Assembly: GCA_947630725.1 (NCBI GenBank)
Contig: CANRIS010000005.1
Location: 36,887 to 100,886 of the forward strand
From: an uncultured Clostridia bacterium
GTDB taxonomy: Bacteria; Bacillota; Clostridia; Lachnospirales; CAG-274
Length of the DNA: 64,000 nt
Direction of reading: 5' to 3'
The position numbers and the translations under genes were made by a program. This document shows positions 1 through 9,008 of this stretch, in pieces. The notes below the pieces were generated by a model that worked only from the letters and a program-made list of their open reading frames with translations, did no database searches and was not told the DNA's origin. Positions within the stretch are counted from its first letter, which is position 1. Each line of letters begins with the position of its first letter.

Positions 1-39
1 GGGGTTTATGTTTAACTATATGCCGATCAAAAATAATGC

Positions 40-68
40 TTGACTTATAGGATATTTTGAATTAAAAT
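40..68 (+). promoter_or_regulatory. candidate sigma-A promoter for the tyrosine-kinase operon
   Basis: TTGACT (40-45), a 17-nt spacer, then TAAAAT (63-68). It lies about 35 nt upstream of the GTG at 104. Confidence 0.4.
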
Positions 69-103
69 CATAATGTGAAAATTTTATTTTTGGAGGTTAT
101 TTT

Positions 104-886
104 GTGGAAAACAACAATAATGAAGATGTATTGCAGTTGGATATATTTGAAATAGTAAATATTCTTCTCAGATATTCATGGATAATTATATTAAGCGGTA
201 TCGTGTGCCTTGCGGCAACGGTCGTATATACTCTGACCTGCGTTGCTCCGAGCTATACCGCAAATTTGTCCTTTTATGTAAGAAACTCTGAGCTTCAGAA
301 TTCTATTTCGGCTATTTCAACCAGCGAGATCAATGCGGCTATTCAGCTTGCAACAACCTATAAGGTCATTCTGCAGGATGACTCTATTATGGAAAAAATA
401 GGTACGGAGCTTATTGAGGAATTTGGTGAAAACAGAGTAGGGGAGTATTATACCATAGTTGAAAACGGCGCAGGAGAAAAAACAGTCTCCGCAAAGGAAA
501 TAGGCAAGCAGATAAGTATTGAGCCTATTGACGAGACTGAGATACTGAGTGTGACGGCAGTTACGCACGACCCGGAAATCTCCGCCGCAATATGTGAAAA
601 CCTCTCTCAGATAGCTCCCGATGAGCTTAAGAGGATAGTAGGTATAGATTATATCGAATCCATAGGCAGCGTAAAGATCCCGACAGAGCCTTCGGGCCCC
701 AACGCAAAGAAAAACGGCGTCATAGGCTTTGGCGTAGGCTTTCTTGCGGCGGCATTTATAATAATCGTTATAAATGTGCTTGACACGAAGATATATGACG
801 GAGATTTGATAAGAGACAAATATCAGGTTGCGGTACTCGGAGAAATACCCTATTATGATATTAGCTCGACTGTTGCACAAAGATAA
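104..886 (+). CDS. Wzz/CpsC/YwqC-family transmembrane adaptor (tyrosine-kinase modulator), paralog 1
   Basis: GTG start 6 nt after GGAGG (93-97). N-terminal TM helix (YSWIIILSGIVCLAATVVY), a long extracytoplasmic segment, and a second TM (VIGFGVGFLAAAFIIIVINVL). Short cytoplasmic tail ending ...VLGEIPYYD. The gene sits upstream of a BY-kinase. Confidence 0.75.
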   Translation: MENNNNEDVLQLDIFEIVNILLRYSWIIILSGIVCLAATVVYTLTCVAPSYTANLSFYVRNSELQNSISAISTSEINAAIQLATTYKVILQDDSIMEKIGTELIEEFGENRVGEYYTIVENGAGEKTVSAKEIGKQISIEPIDETEILSVTAVTHDPEISAAICENLSQIAPDELKRIVGIDYIESIGSVKIPTEPSGPNAKKNGVIGFGVGFLAAAFIIIVINVLDTKIYDGDLIRDKYQVAVLGEIPYYDISSTVAQR

Positions 887-904
887 CAAAGCAGGCGATT
901 TGTA

Positions 905-1669
905 ATGACAGAAGCTTTTTTGGCAGACATCTGGAGAAGAAAGTTTTTTATTGTATATATGATTTTTTTGGGGGCGGTTTTTGCCCTTGTGCTGAGGTCT
1001 TTTGTACCTCGTGAAAAATATGTATATTCAATGGACTATTATGTTACAAACTCTGAGCTGTCAAAAATAATTGTGGATACAAGCTCTCTGTCCACCGATT
1101 CAAAAATGGCAAGCTCCTGCAGAATAATACTGCGCTCTCCCATGACTATGTCGGCTCTTGGCGAAATGCTTTTGGAGAAATACGGAGAGGACTATCTCAA
1201 AAGGTATTTTACACTGACATATGAGGACGACAAGGTAAGTATTGACGAGGAGCAGCTTTCGGACTGTATAGATATTGAGGTGGTCGATGAAGGAGCCTCC
1301 GCTCTCAGCATTGACGTAACTACCGAAAATATGTATCTGAGTCAGGATATAGGGAACTTTCTTACATTTCTTGCTCCCAACGTGGTCTATTATCTTGTGG
1401 GAGTAGATTATATTTCGCCCTACGAAAACGCAAGGCTCACCGTTGATTTAGGGATTTTTGATTCAAGAAAACTGACGGCGGCGGCAGGAGCGGCGGCAGG
1501 AGCGGTTCTGGCGTATATATTTATACTTATATATAAGCTGTTTGAGGAGCATATTATTTTGGGCAGCGGTGACATACTGCACGAAATGAAGCTGCCTCTG
1601 CTCGGACAGATACCCTATTATGAAATTGAAACCCGGGAAGAATCAAGTATAACGGAAGGGAATAATTGA
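905..1669 (+). CDS. Wzz/CpsC/YwqC-family transmembrane adaptor, paralog 2
   Basis: Same two-TM topology (FFIVYMIFLGAVFALVL ... AAGAVLAYIFILIYKLF). Same tail motif (LLGQIPYYE). Local similarity to paralog 1 (YV.NSEL, VG.DYI). Confidence 0.65.
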   Translation: MTEAFLADIWRRKFFIVYMIFLGAVFALVLRSFVPREKYVYSMDYYVTNSELSKIIVDTSSLSTDSKMASSCRIILRSPMTMSALGEMLLEKYGEDYLKRYFTLTYEDDKVSIDEEQLSDCIDIEVVDEGASALSIDVTTENMYLSQDIGNFLTFLAPNVVYYLVGVDYISPYENARLTVDLGIFDSRKLTAAAGAAAGAVLAYIFILIYKLFEEHIILGSGDILHEMKLPLLGQIPYYEIETREESSITEGNN

Positions 1670-1672
1670 TCA

Positions 1673-2545
1673 ATGAAAAATTTTTTGTCAGGCGTCAAGA
1701 GACGTTTAAGATTGAAAAGAGAAAAAAAGACTGCATCGGGACATCAGATCAGAGGTACAATACTCAATACAAATCCTCCCTTTGCGGTAGTAGAAGCATA
1801 TAAGTCGCTGAGATACAATCTCAAATTTGTGCTTTCAACAAAAAATAAAAACAGTCTTGTTATTTCAAGTCCCTATTCGGGCGACGGCAAGTCTACCATA
1901 CTTGCAAACATAGCCATTTCGATTGCTCAGAACAACGAAAAGGTACTGCTTATAGATATGGACTTAAGAAGACCCACTCAGCACAGACTTTTCAGAATTC
2001 ACAACAAAGCAGGTGTCTCAAACATAATAGGCGACAGGCAGGATATTGAAAAAGTCATACACAGAGGAGTTATCGAAAACCTCGATATACTTACTTCGGG
2101 AGACATACCTCCCAACCCGTCCGAAATGGTTTCTTCAAACAAGGCCAAGGATATTGTAAAGTGGGCTGAAGAACATTATGACTATGTTCTCATAGACGCT
2201 CCTCCCGTAAACGTGGTTTCGGACGCTCTCGCTCTGTCGGATCTCACCGCAGGCATCGTTTTGGTTGCAAGAGTAGGCGTTACACACAAGGAGGATCTTC
2301 AGAGAGCCATCGAGAACATACAGTTTGTAAACTCTGAGCTTCTCGGCACCGTTCTCAATGCGGCTGACGCCGAGGCAAGCAAGAGACAGAGAATAAAGAG
2401 CGGATATTCGGGCTATGGATACAAGTACAAGTATAACTACAACTACAAGTATACCCAAAATTATGCTCTCACAGAAACCGAAATTATGGAGGACGCAAAG
2501 GAGCAGAAGAAAATTAAAAAAGAAGAAAACGCAAATAAAAAATAA
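1673..2545 (+). CDS. CpsD/CapB/YwqD-family bacterial tyrosine (BY) kinase
   Basis: Walker A SPYSGDGKSTILAN, Walker A' VLLIDMDLRRP, Walker B YVLIDAPPV. C-terminal tyrosine cluster YSGYGYKYKYNYNYKYTQNY. Confidence 0.9.
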   Translation: MKNFLSGVKRRLRLKREKKTASGHQIRGTILNTNPPFAVVEAYKSLRYNLKFVLSTKNKNSLVISSPYSGDGKSTILANIAISIAQNNEKVLLIDMDLRRPTQHRLFRIHNKAGVSNIIGDRQDIEKVIHRGVIENLDILTSGDIPPNPSEMVSSNKAKDIVKWAEEHYDYVLIDAPPVNVVSDALALSDLTAGIVLVARVGVTHKEDLQRAIENIQFVNSELLGTVLNAADAEASKRQRIKSGYSGYGYKYKYNYNYKYTQNYALTETEIMEDAKEQKKIKKEENANKK

Positions 2546-2560
2546 GGCGTTTTCAGGGAA

Positions 2561-3262
2561 GTGAAAAAAATGTACATTGATTATCACAGCCATATACTTC
2601 CGCGAATGGATGACGGAGCCGAGGATACGGCGCAGTCTCTTGAAATGATAAAGAGCCTTAAGGCTCAGGGCGTTGACAGAATAATATCTACATCTCATTT
2701 TTATGCCCACAGAGAAAGCGTTGACAGCTTTCTTTCAAGACGCGGAAGAAGGCTTGAGGAGCTGCTTGGGGCAAACCCCGCCATAACGGATATAATCCCC
2801 GGTGCAGAAGTCGCAATAGAAAGGGATCTGTCCGAAAAAAAGGGGCTTGAAAAGCTGACTGTGGGCGACAGCGGATTCATACTTCTTGAGCTGCCCTACA
2901 GACCCTATTCGGGCTGGATGACGGAGGAAATACTTGAAATACAGTTTGGTCTTGGGCTAAAGCCCATAATAGCCCACCTAAACCGCTACGTCTCTACATA
3001 CTCATCGTCTCAGATAAACGATATTCTGAGCCTTTCGGGGGTATTGTTCCAGTTCAACAATGAAGTCTTTCATTCCAGAAGAGATACAGCTTTTTTGCTT
3101 AAGCTCATAAAAAATGATTATCCCGTGGTTTTCGGCAGCGATACCCACAATATGGATAAAAGAGCGCCCAACTTCGATATTTTTGAAAAGGTTATGAAAA
3201 AGAAGCTTCGGGGCGACAAATTTGACGCTTTAATAAAGGATTATTGCAAATATATGCGGTGA
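2561..3262 (+). CDS. PHP-domain protein-tyrosine phosphatase (CpsB/YwqE type)
   Basis: N-terminal metal-binding motif IDYHSHILPRMDDGA, plus STSHFY and GSDTHN motifs. The ATG at 2570 (MYIDYHSH) is an equally plausible start. Confidence 0.85.
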   Translation: MKKMYIDYHSHILPRMDDGAEDTAQSLEMIKSLKAQGVDRIISTSHFYAHRESVDSFLSRRGRRLEELLGANPAITDIIPGAEVAIERDLSEKKGLEKLTVGDSGFILLELPYRPYSGWMTEEILEIQFGLGLKPIIAHLNRYVSTYSSSQINDILSLSGVLFQFNNEVFHSRRDTAFLLKLIKNDYPVVFGSDTHNMDKRAPNFDIFEKVMKKKLRGDKFDALIKDYCKYMR

Positions 3263-3289
3263 TTTTTTTGAAAATTTATTAATTTTGAA

Positions 3290-3318
3290 TTGATTAAAAC
3301 CATATTTTGTGTTATAAT
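3290..3318 (+). promoter_or_regulatory. candidate sigma-A promoter (extended -10) for ABC transporter operon 1
   Basis: TTGATT (3290-3295), a 17-nt spacer, then TGtTATAAT (3310-3318). Confidence 0.5.
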
Positions 3319-3396
3319 TAATCAAAGATATTCATAATGCGTATGCAAGGTAATATCCTTGACTGATTTTATTAAAAAAAAGGAGGAAAACAAAAA

Positions 3397-4212
3397 ATGA
3401 AAAAGTTATTATGTGCAGCTCTTGTCGGCGTTATGATGCTTGGTATGACAGCCTGCGGAGGAACCACCGAGGAAAACACCGAGCCTGACGCAAGCGCAGA
3501 GGAGTCTCAGGGTACCGATGAAACTGCGGAGGATACCGATAAAAAGGTATATATTATAGGTACGGATACCACCTTCCCTCCCTTTGAATTTCAGGATGAA
3601 AACGGCGAACAGGTAGGTATTGATATGGATATACTTGCAGCAGTTGCCGAGGATCAGGGTTTTGAATATGAAGTAAACGTACTTGGTTTTGACGCAGCGG
3701 TTCAGGCTCTCGGCTCAAAGCAGGTTGACGGCGTTATCGCAGGAATGTCGATCACAGAAGAGAGAGCAAAGACATTTGATTTTTCCGACCCTTATTTTGA
3801 CTCGGGAGTTATAATGGGTGTTGCAGCCGATTCTGACATAAAGGGCTATGAGGATCTTGCAGGCAAGAAGGTAGCCGTTAAGCAGGGTACGGAAGGAGCA
3901 GCTTTTGCAGAATCAATAGCTGATGAATATGGCTTTGAGATGGTTACATTTGAGGCTTCCGATATGATGTATCAGGACGTCATCACAGGAAACACCGTAG
4001 CTTGCTTCGAGGATTATCCCGTTCTCGGCTATGCTATCAATCAGGGACTTGCCCTTAAGACTGTAACAGATAAAGAACAGGGTTCAAGCTATGGCTTTGC
4101 TGTTGCAAAGGGAGAGAATGCCGAACTTCTTGAAATGTTCAATGCAGGTCTTGCAGACATTATTGAGAACGGAACATATCAGGAAATCTTAGACACCTAT
4201 ATCTCTGAGTAA
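3397..4212 (+). CDS. polar amino-acid ABC transporter substrate-binding lipoprotein (family 3 SBP)
   Basis: Signal peptide with lipobox LGMTAC. Acidic linker. Family-3 SBP motifs (GTDTTFPPFEF, VDGVIAGMSITEER). Followed by the cognate permease and ATPase. Confidence 0.85.
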   Translation: MKKLLCAALVGVMMLGMTACGGTTEENTEPDASAEESQGTDETAEDTDKKVYIIGTDTTFPPFEFQDENGEQVGIDMDILAAVAEDQGFEYEVNVLGFDAAVQALGSKQVDGVIAGMSITEERAKTFDFSDPYFDSGVIMGVAADSDIKGYEDLAGKKVAVKQGTEGAAFAESIADEYGFEMVTFEASDMMYQDVITGNTVACFEDYPVLGYAINQGLALKTVTDKEQGSSYGFAVAKGENAELLEMFNAGLADIIENGTYQEILDTYISE

Positions 4213-4250
4213 CGGAATCTTATATTTGTTGAATAATTCAGATTGACAAT

Positions 4251-4305
4251 AATGCTTTCGATTAGTCAGACAATGCAGTTTGATAAATCCGAAAGCATTT
4301 TTCTT
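4251..4305 (+). terminator. inter-cistronic hairpin (partial terminator/attenuator) between SBP and permease genes
   Basis: 10-bp stem AATGCTTTCG / CGAAAGCATT (4251-4260 and 4290-4299) followed by TTTCTTT. The loop is long (29 nt), so efficiency is uncertain. Confidence 0.35.
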
Positions 4306-4326
4306 TAGAAACAAGGGGGAAAATAA

Positions 4327-4986
4327 ATGACTTTTTTTGAAATTTTCCAACAGACAATGCCTATGCTCCTTAAGGGCGCAGTCATAACCCTGAAGCTCAC
4401 TGTGGTGACTTTGCCTCTGGCTGTCATATTCGGACTTATTTCGTGTCTGCTGGGTATGACAAAGCATTTTAAATTTATATCCAACATATATATTGCCATC
4501 ATAAGAGGCACGCCCATACTTGTTCAGGTATTTTTTATTTATTTCGGACTTGCTCAGTTTCTCGGCATAAAGATGACAGCATATGTTGCAGGCGTAATTT
4601 CTCTCAGTATGAATGCGGGAGCCTATCTTTCCGAAATTTTCAGAGGCGGCATACAGGCGGTGAGCATAGGTCAGACGGAGGCCGCAAGAAGTCTCGGACT
4701 TCCATATGCAAACACAATGTGGAAGGTCATTCTGCCGCAGGCCATCAGGATAGTTATTCCTTCTGTTGTGAATCAGTTTATAATTACCCTTAAGGACACC
4801 TCGATAATTTCCGTTATAGGACTTATGGACATCACAATGCAGGGAAAACAGGTCATTTCAAGGACTTACAAGTCCTTTCAGATCTGGATACTTGTAGGCT
4901 GCGTATATTTTGTTATATGCTATACTCTTTCAAAAATATCTCGGTATATAGAGAGGAGGCTTTCAATTGGCAAAAATAGAAGTTAA
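4327..4986 (+). CDS. polar amino-acid ABC transporter permease
   Basis: Multi-TM protein with the conserved cytoplasmic loop [25 protein letters not shown]. Flanked by the SBP and ATPase genes. Confidence 0.85.
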   Translation: MTFFEIFQQTMPMLLKGAVITLKLTVVTLPLAVIFGLISCLLGMTKHFKFISNIYIAIIRGTPILVQVFFIYFGLAQFLGIKMTAYVAGVISLSMNAGAYLSEIFRGGIQAVSIGQTEAARSLGLPYANTMWKVILPQAIRIVIPSVVNQFIITLKDTSIISVIGLMDITMQGKQVISRTYKSFQIWILVGCVYFVICYTLSKISRYIERRLSIGKNRS

Positions 4987-5695
4987 GGGACTCATAAAGA
5001 AATTTGGAAAGCTTGAAGTTCTTAAGGGTATAAATCTTCAGGTGGAAGAAGGAGAGGTCGTTTGCCTTATAGGGCCTTCAGGCTCGGGAAAAAGCACTCT
5101 TCTGAGATGTATCAACTGTCTTGAATATCCTACCGAGGGCAGCATAACCGTTGACGGACAAAAACTCACAGACAAGAAAGTCAATATAAACAAAGCAAGA
5201 GAAGATATAGGAATGGTTTTTCAGCAGTTCAATCTGTTTCCTCATCTGTCGGTAATAAAAAACATAATGCTTGCTCCGGTTGACAGAAAGAAAATGACAA
5301 AGGAAGAGGCGGAAAGAAAGGGTATGGAGCTTCTGAGCCGTGTAGGATTGGCGGATAAGAGAGATCAATATCCTGCGCAGTTGTCGGGAGGACAGCAGCA
5401 GCGTGTAGCCATAGCGAGGGCGTTGTGTATGGGTCCCGATATAATGCTTTTTGATGAGCCTACCTCCGCTCTTGACCCAGAAATGGTCGGAGAGGTTCTG
5501 GACGTTATGAAGGAACTGGCAAGAGAGGGTATGACAATGGTGGTAGTCACTCACGAAATGGGCTTTGCCAGAGAAGTGGGAGACAGAGTGCTGTTTTTGG
5601 ACGGAGGCTATATAGTCGAGGAGGGGACTCCCGAACAGATTTTTTCAAATCCCCAAAACGAAAGAACAAAGGCATTTCTCGAAAAGGTACTTTAA
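4967..5695 (+). CDS. polar amino-acid ABC transporter ATP-binding protein (GlnQ-like)
   Basis: TTG start 7 nt after GAGGAGG. Walker [10 protein letters not shown], signature [15 protein letters not shown], Walker [13 protein letters not shown]-loop VTHEM. Overlaps the permease gene by 20 nt. Confidence 0.9.
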   Translation: MAKIEVKGLIKKFGKLEVLKGINLQVEEGEVVCLIGPSGSGKSTLLRCINCLEYPTEGSITVDGQKLTDKKVNINKAREDIGMVFQQFNLFPHLSVIKNIMLAPVDRKKMTKEEAERKGMELLSRVGLADKRDQYPAQLSGGQQQRVAIARALCMGPDIMLFDEPTSALDPEMVGEVLDVMKELAREGMTMVVVTHEMGFAREVGDRVLFLDGGYIVEEGTPEQIFSNPQNERTKAFLEKVL

Positions 5696-5704
5696 ACATA
5701 TCTT

Positions 5705-5873
5705 AAACATATGGGCGGCGTACTTTTTGTCCTACGGACAAAAAGTACGCCCCTGCCGCCTACGGCGGCAGGGGTAGCTCCGAGACGACTTTGTCGTCTC
5801 GGAGCGCCGCCCCCATACGGCTCCGCCTTTGCGACAGAAGTACCGAAGGTACTTCGGGAACAAAGGCGTGAGC
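5705..5873 (+). repeat. family-1 GC-rich multi-hairpin intergenic repeat, copy A
   Basis: Consecutive perfect hairpins at 5717-5751, 5752-5772 and 5777-5805, plus a closing stem CGCCTTTG/CAAAGGCG. Near-identical architecture at 24192-24334, 24559-24700 and 57251-57423. Confidence 0.85.
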
Positions 5874-5925
5874 AGCTCATTCACTCAATTTACAAAAAAG
5901 TAATACCAAACAAAGGAGAAAGTAT

Positions 5926-7263
5926 ATGCGAAAGAAAATATTTTTTATTATACCTTTTCTTATTTTTGCGCTTCTGTTTAATTCAATATATTGTTATGCT
6001 GAAGGTTCTATACCGATAACTACAGGCAATTTGTCAGAATTTGTGAGTGAAGCGGTTGATTTGGACTTGGTTCCGCCTTCACTTCTTGAAAAACAACCGT
6101 CGGAACCCATAACCAGAAGTGAATTTTGTGACTTGATTTGTTGGGCAGGAACAAGATGGGGTGATGTCTACAAAGAAAATACGTCATCATTATTTACCGA
6201 TACAACCGATCCCAACATTCTTGCTTGCTCTGCACTTGGCATTGTAAGCGGCTATCCGGATGGTACGTTCCGTCCGAATAACCCTATCTCTCGGAACGAA
6301 TCATCGGTTATGCTCTATCGTACGGCACAATGTTATAATATGTGCGAAGATGCTGCGTTATATCCCCATGTATGGAATGACGAAATACCGAAATGGTGTT
6401 ATGAGTTTGTGACTTGGTGTTATTTTAACGGCATTATGGTTGGCACAGGTGATAACTGCTTTGGCGGGGATGGCTCCTACACGAGAGAACAGGCAATCAT
6501 AACGGTTTTGCATCTGGATAAGCTGAATAACGGTGAAGCCCAAAAACGAGAAGAATATTACCCGATCTACAGCTCATGGAACATAGACGGTAATTACGCC
6601 GAAGACGGATCAAATATCTTGACCGATCCTATTGGCGTTGTTGACAGTAGTGGAAGCTTTACTTCTCAGGCCACAGTAGATCCCGATGTATATCATATGC
6701 ATTCGGTAGGTCGCAGCACAAGAGTTGAGAATACTATTTTAGGGAAGGAAGTATACCTGCAGAGCTTGACGAAATTCTTCGATGGCATAATGTGGTTCGA
6801 GGATCTGAATGGAAATTGTGTAGAAGTTCCCGGTGTAGGCAAACGCTTCAGAAGTGTAGAAATATATCATACAACAGGCGGAGATGTGTTTGCAAGCTTT
6901 GTGTTGCTTGAAAATGAAAGTGAGCCTTGGTCACAGCCCTCCTCTGATAATATGGTTCATATGAATCTTACAACGGGGAAACGACTGTCGGCACAGATGC
7001 CCTATTTAAGTCAGCTTGAGGATAACAATCTGGTGTTCTGCGCAGGCGGAAACGGCATCTATGCCATTCAGAATGGCGGCTCTGTATTTGTTTATAATGT
7101 CCGCCCGGAGCCTGTTGAAATAAAACTTACAGAAGAGGCTTGTGAGCTTATGGGCTTTTGCAATGGACTCCTTGTGGTTAAAAACAGATATACAGTTCCT
7201 TTGAACTTATACTATTATACGCCTTTTGGTGATTTGGTGTATACCGCAGTAGAACAATTATAG
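5926..7263 (+). CDS. secreted SLH-domain protein with uncharacterised C-terminal domain
   Basis: SD AAAGGAG upstream. Signal peptide MRKKIFFIIPFLIFALLFNSIYCYA. SLH-like repeats (FTDTTDPNILACSALGIVSGYPDGTFRPNNPISRNE; WCYFNGIMVGTGDNCFGGDGSYTREQA). I do not recognise the roughly 230-aa C-terminal region. Confidence 0.6.
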   Translation: MRKKIFFIIPFLIFALLFNSIYCYAEGSIPITTGNLSEFVSEAVDLDLVPPSLLEKQPSEPITRSEFCDLICWAGTRWGDVYKENTSSLFTDTTDPNILACSALGIVSGYPDGTFRPNNPISRNESSVMLYRTAQCYNMCEDAALYPHVWNDEIPKWCYEFVTWCYFNGIMVGTGDNCFGGDGSYTREQAIITVLHLDKLNNGEAQKREEYYPIYSSWNIDGNYAEDGSNILTDPIGVVDSSGSFTSQATVDPDVYHMHSVGRSTRVENTILGKEVYLQSLTKFFDGIMWFEDLNGNCVEVPGVGKRFRSVEIYHTTGGDVFASFVLLENESEPWSQPSSDNMVHMNLTTGKRLSAQMPYLSQLEDNNLVFCAGGNGIYAIQNGGSVFVYNVRPEPVEIKLTEEACELMGFCNGLLVVKNRYTVPLNLYYYTPFGDLVYTAVEQL

Positions 7264-7368
7264 AAGAATTGCTTTTACATTTTTGACAGTCTGAGAAGTA
7301 TCGGGTGATATAAGCTAAGGCTGTGAAATCATAACCCGATTATATCGCCCCGAATATCATATACAAAA

Positions 7369-7420
7369 AAGAGTATGTATCCGCAGTCAATACCGGATCG
7401 GAAACATACTCTTTGTATTT
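7369..7420. terminator. bidirectional intrinsic terminator between convergent genes
   Basis: AAGAGTATGT ... ACATACTCTT stem (7369-7378 and 7405-7414). A-run upstream and T-rich tail downstream. Confidence 0.6.
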
Positions 7421-7436
7421 TGTTATATAAGCTTTG

Positions 7437-8273
7437 TTATATAAGCTCGTTATAAACCTGCCTGCGTGAAATACCTCTTTCCGCAGCGCATTTTTTTATT
7501 GCCTCTTTTCTTTCGTAACCATTTTCTATGAGCATATTATAATGCTCCTTTATTCCGAGAGTTTCAAATTTATCCGAGGACGGCTTTTCACCGTTGCCGC
7601 CCTTTATCAATATCACAAATTCGCCCCTCGGAGTATTTTCTCTGTAGAATCCAACAAGCTCCCCAAGCTCTCCTCTTTTTACTTCCTCATATTTTTTAGT
7701 CAGCTCTCTCACAACGGCGGCCTCTCTGTTGCCTATACAGCCGAAAATTTCCTCAAGGGTATCCGCAAGATGATGAGGAGCTTCATAAAAAACGGTCGTT
7801 CGAGTTTCGCTTTTGAGCTTTTCCAGAACATCTCTTCTTTTTCGCTTGTTTTCGGGCAGAAATCCCTCAAAAACAAAGCTTCTTCCGCCTATCCCCGAAA
7901 GAACGAGAGCCGACACGGCGGCGGTGGGCCCCGGCACGACTGTGACCTCTATGCCTGCATCCCTGCACAAATTTATAAGTATTTCTCCGGGATCGGATAT
8001 TCCCGGCATACCTGCATCGCTTACAAGAGCAACATTCTTGCCGTCAAGCATCTCAGTCACAAGCTTTTGTCCCTTTTCGTTCTCATTGAATTTGTGGTAT
8101 GAGGTAAGGCGGGTTTTTATATCATAGCTGTTGAGTATCTTCATTGTGTTTCTGGTGTCCTCGGCAGCTATTATGTCGGCCTCCTTAAGTATTCTTAATG
8201 CCCTTAAGGTTATGTCCTCCATATTGCCTATGGGAGTACCGCAGATATATAGCTTTCCTGCCATATTCATCAC
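7437..8273 (-). CDS. rsmI: 16S rRNA (cytidine1402-2'-O)-methyltransferase
   Basis: N-terminal LYICGTPIGNMEDITLRALRILKEADIIAAEDTR, the tetrapyrrole-methylase fold typical of RsmI/YabC. Occupies the yabC position in the conserved block. The start may be the internal Met at 8264. Confidence 0.9.
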   Translation of the reverse strand: MMNMAGKLYICGTPIGNMEDITLRALRILKEADIIAAEDTRNTMKILNSYDIKTRLTSYHKFNENEKGQKLVTEMLDGKNVALVSDAGMPGISDPGEILINLCRDAGIEVTVVPGPTAAVSALVLSGIGGRSFVFEGFLPENKRKRRDVLEKLKSETRTTVFYEAPHHLADTLEEIFGCIGNREAAVVRELTKKYEEVKRGELGELVGFYRENTPRGEFVILIKGGNGEKPSSDKFETLGIKEHYNMLIENGYERKEAIKKCAAERGISRRQVYNELI

Positions 8274-9004
8274 CCGTAATAAATTTTTTTGTATTCTTCC
8301 GTCAGCTCTCCCGACTTGTCGTGTATTATAAAGACGGGCATTATCTTAAGCCCCTCTTTTCCGCCCTTTGCGCCCTCCACAAGAATCATAGAAGGCTCCT
8401 TTTCGGCAGAGGACTGCACAAAGCGAAGTCTTTTCGGCTCTATGGAATGTTTTTTCATAAGTACGAATATTTCAGCAAGCCTTTCGGGTCTGTGAACCAT
8501 AAAAAATCTTCCGCCGAATTTCAGAAGATATGAGGCTGCGCTTATTATTCCATCCAGATCAATATATATTTCGTGTCTTGCGGCGGCTCTTTCGGGGCTT
8601 TCGTTTTTAAGTGCGCCCTCGCATTTCATATAGGGAGGGTTCGTAATTACTGCCTCGGTTTCTCCCGGGGCAAAAAGAGACGGCACATTTTTTATGTCGT
8701 CCTCTATGACCTTTATTCTGTCCGAAACATTGTTGAGAACGACATTTCTTCTGAAAAGCTCGGCATTTTTTTGCATAAGCTCAATGCCTGTTATGCTTAT
8801 GTCATCATAAAGGGAACAAAGCAGCAGCGGTATAACGCCGTTTCCCGAGCCGAGGTCAACTATTCTGTCGCCTTTTCTTATTCTTGCAAAATGGGTGAGA
8901 AGAACAGCATCGGTGCCGAATCTGAAAAGCCTGCTGTCCTGTATTATTCTGAAACCTCCCCGCTGGAGGTCGTCTATTCTTTCAGTATCGCTAAGTTTTT
9001 CCAT
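8270..9004 (-). CDS. SAM-dependent methyltransferase, tRNA1(Val) m6A37 TrmN6/YfiC (YabB) type
   Basis: SAM motif VDLGSGNGVIPLLL and catalytic TNPPYMK. 4-nt overlap with rsmI. Synteny with Bacillus yabB. Confidence 0.7.
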   Translation of the reverse strand: MEKLSDTERIDDLQRGGFRIIQDSRLFRFGTDAVLLTHFARIRKGDRIVDLGSGNGVIPLLLCSLYDDISITGIELMQKNAELFRRNVVLNNVSDRIKVIEDDIKNVPSLFAPGETEAVITNPPYMKCEGALKNESPERAAARHEIYIDLDGIISAASYLLKFGGRFFMVHRPERLAEIFVLMKKHSIEPKRLRFVQSSAEKEPSMILVEGAKGGKEGLKIMPVFIIHDKSGELTEEYKKIYYG

Positions 9005-9008
9005 ACCC

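Noticed and set aside
317-889. Other antisense or alternative-frame ORFs over 100 aa. Examples are 317-889 (-), 2135-2710 (-), 13225-13776 (+), 23235-23984 (-), 28174-28809 (-) and 32700-33437 (-). Further examples are 33792-34451 (-), 38773-39627 (-), 46938-47543 (-), 53196-53930 (-) and 59383-60042 (-).
   Set aside because: Each lies entirely within, or mostly opposite, a gene with strong family motifs. They have skewed composition (Tyr/Phe/Ile/Ser/Cys/His-rich) and show no recognisable domains.
5711-6019. ORFs predicted across the family-1 repeats. These are 5711-6019 (+), 5692-5880 (-), 24100-24489 (-), 24142-24351 (+), 24519-24791 (+), 24538-24786 (-), 57219-57440 (-) and 57239-57421 (+). 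They give Pro/Arg/Ala-rich peptides.
   Set aside because: They fall on both strands and in different frames in different copies. They lack an SD. The substitutions between copies are paired across stems rather than synonymous, so the conservation is structural, not coding.
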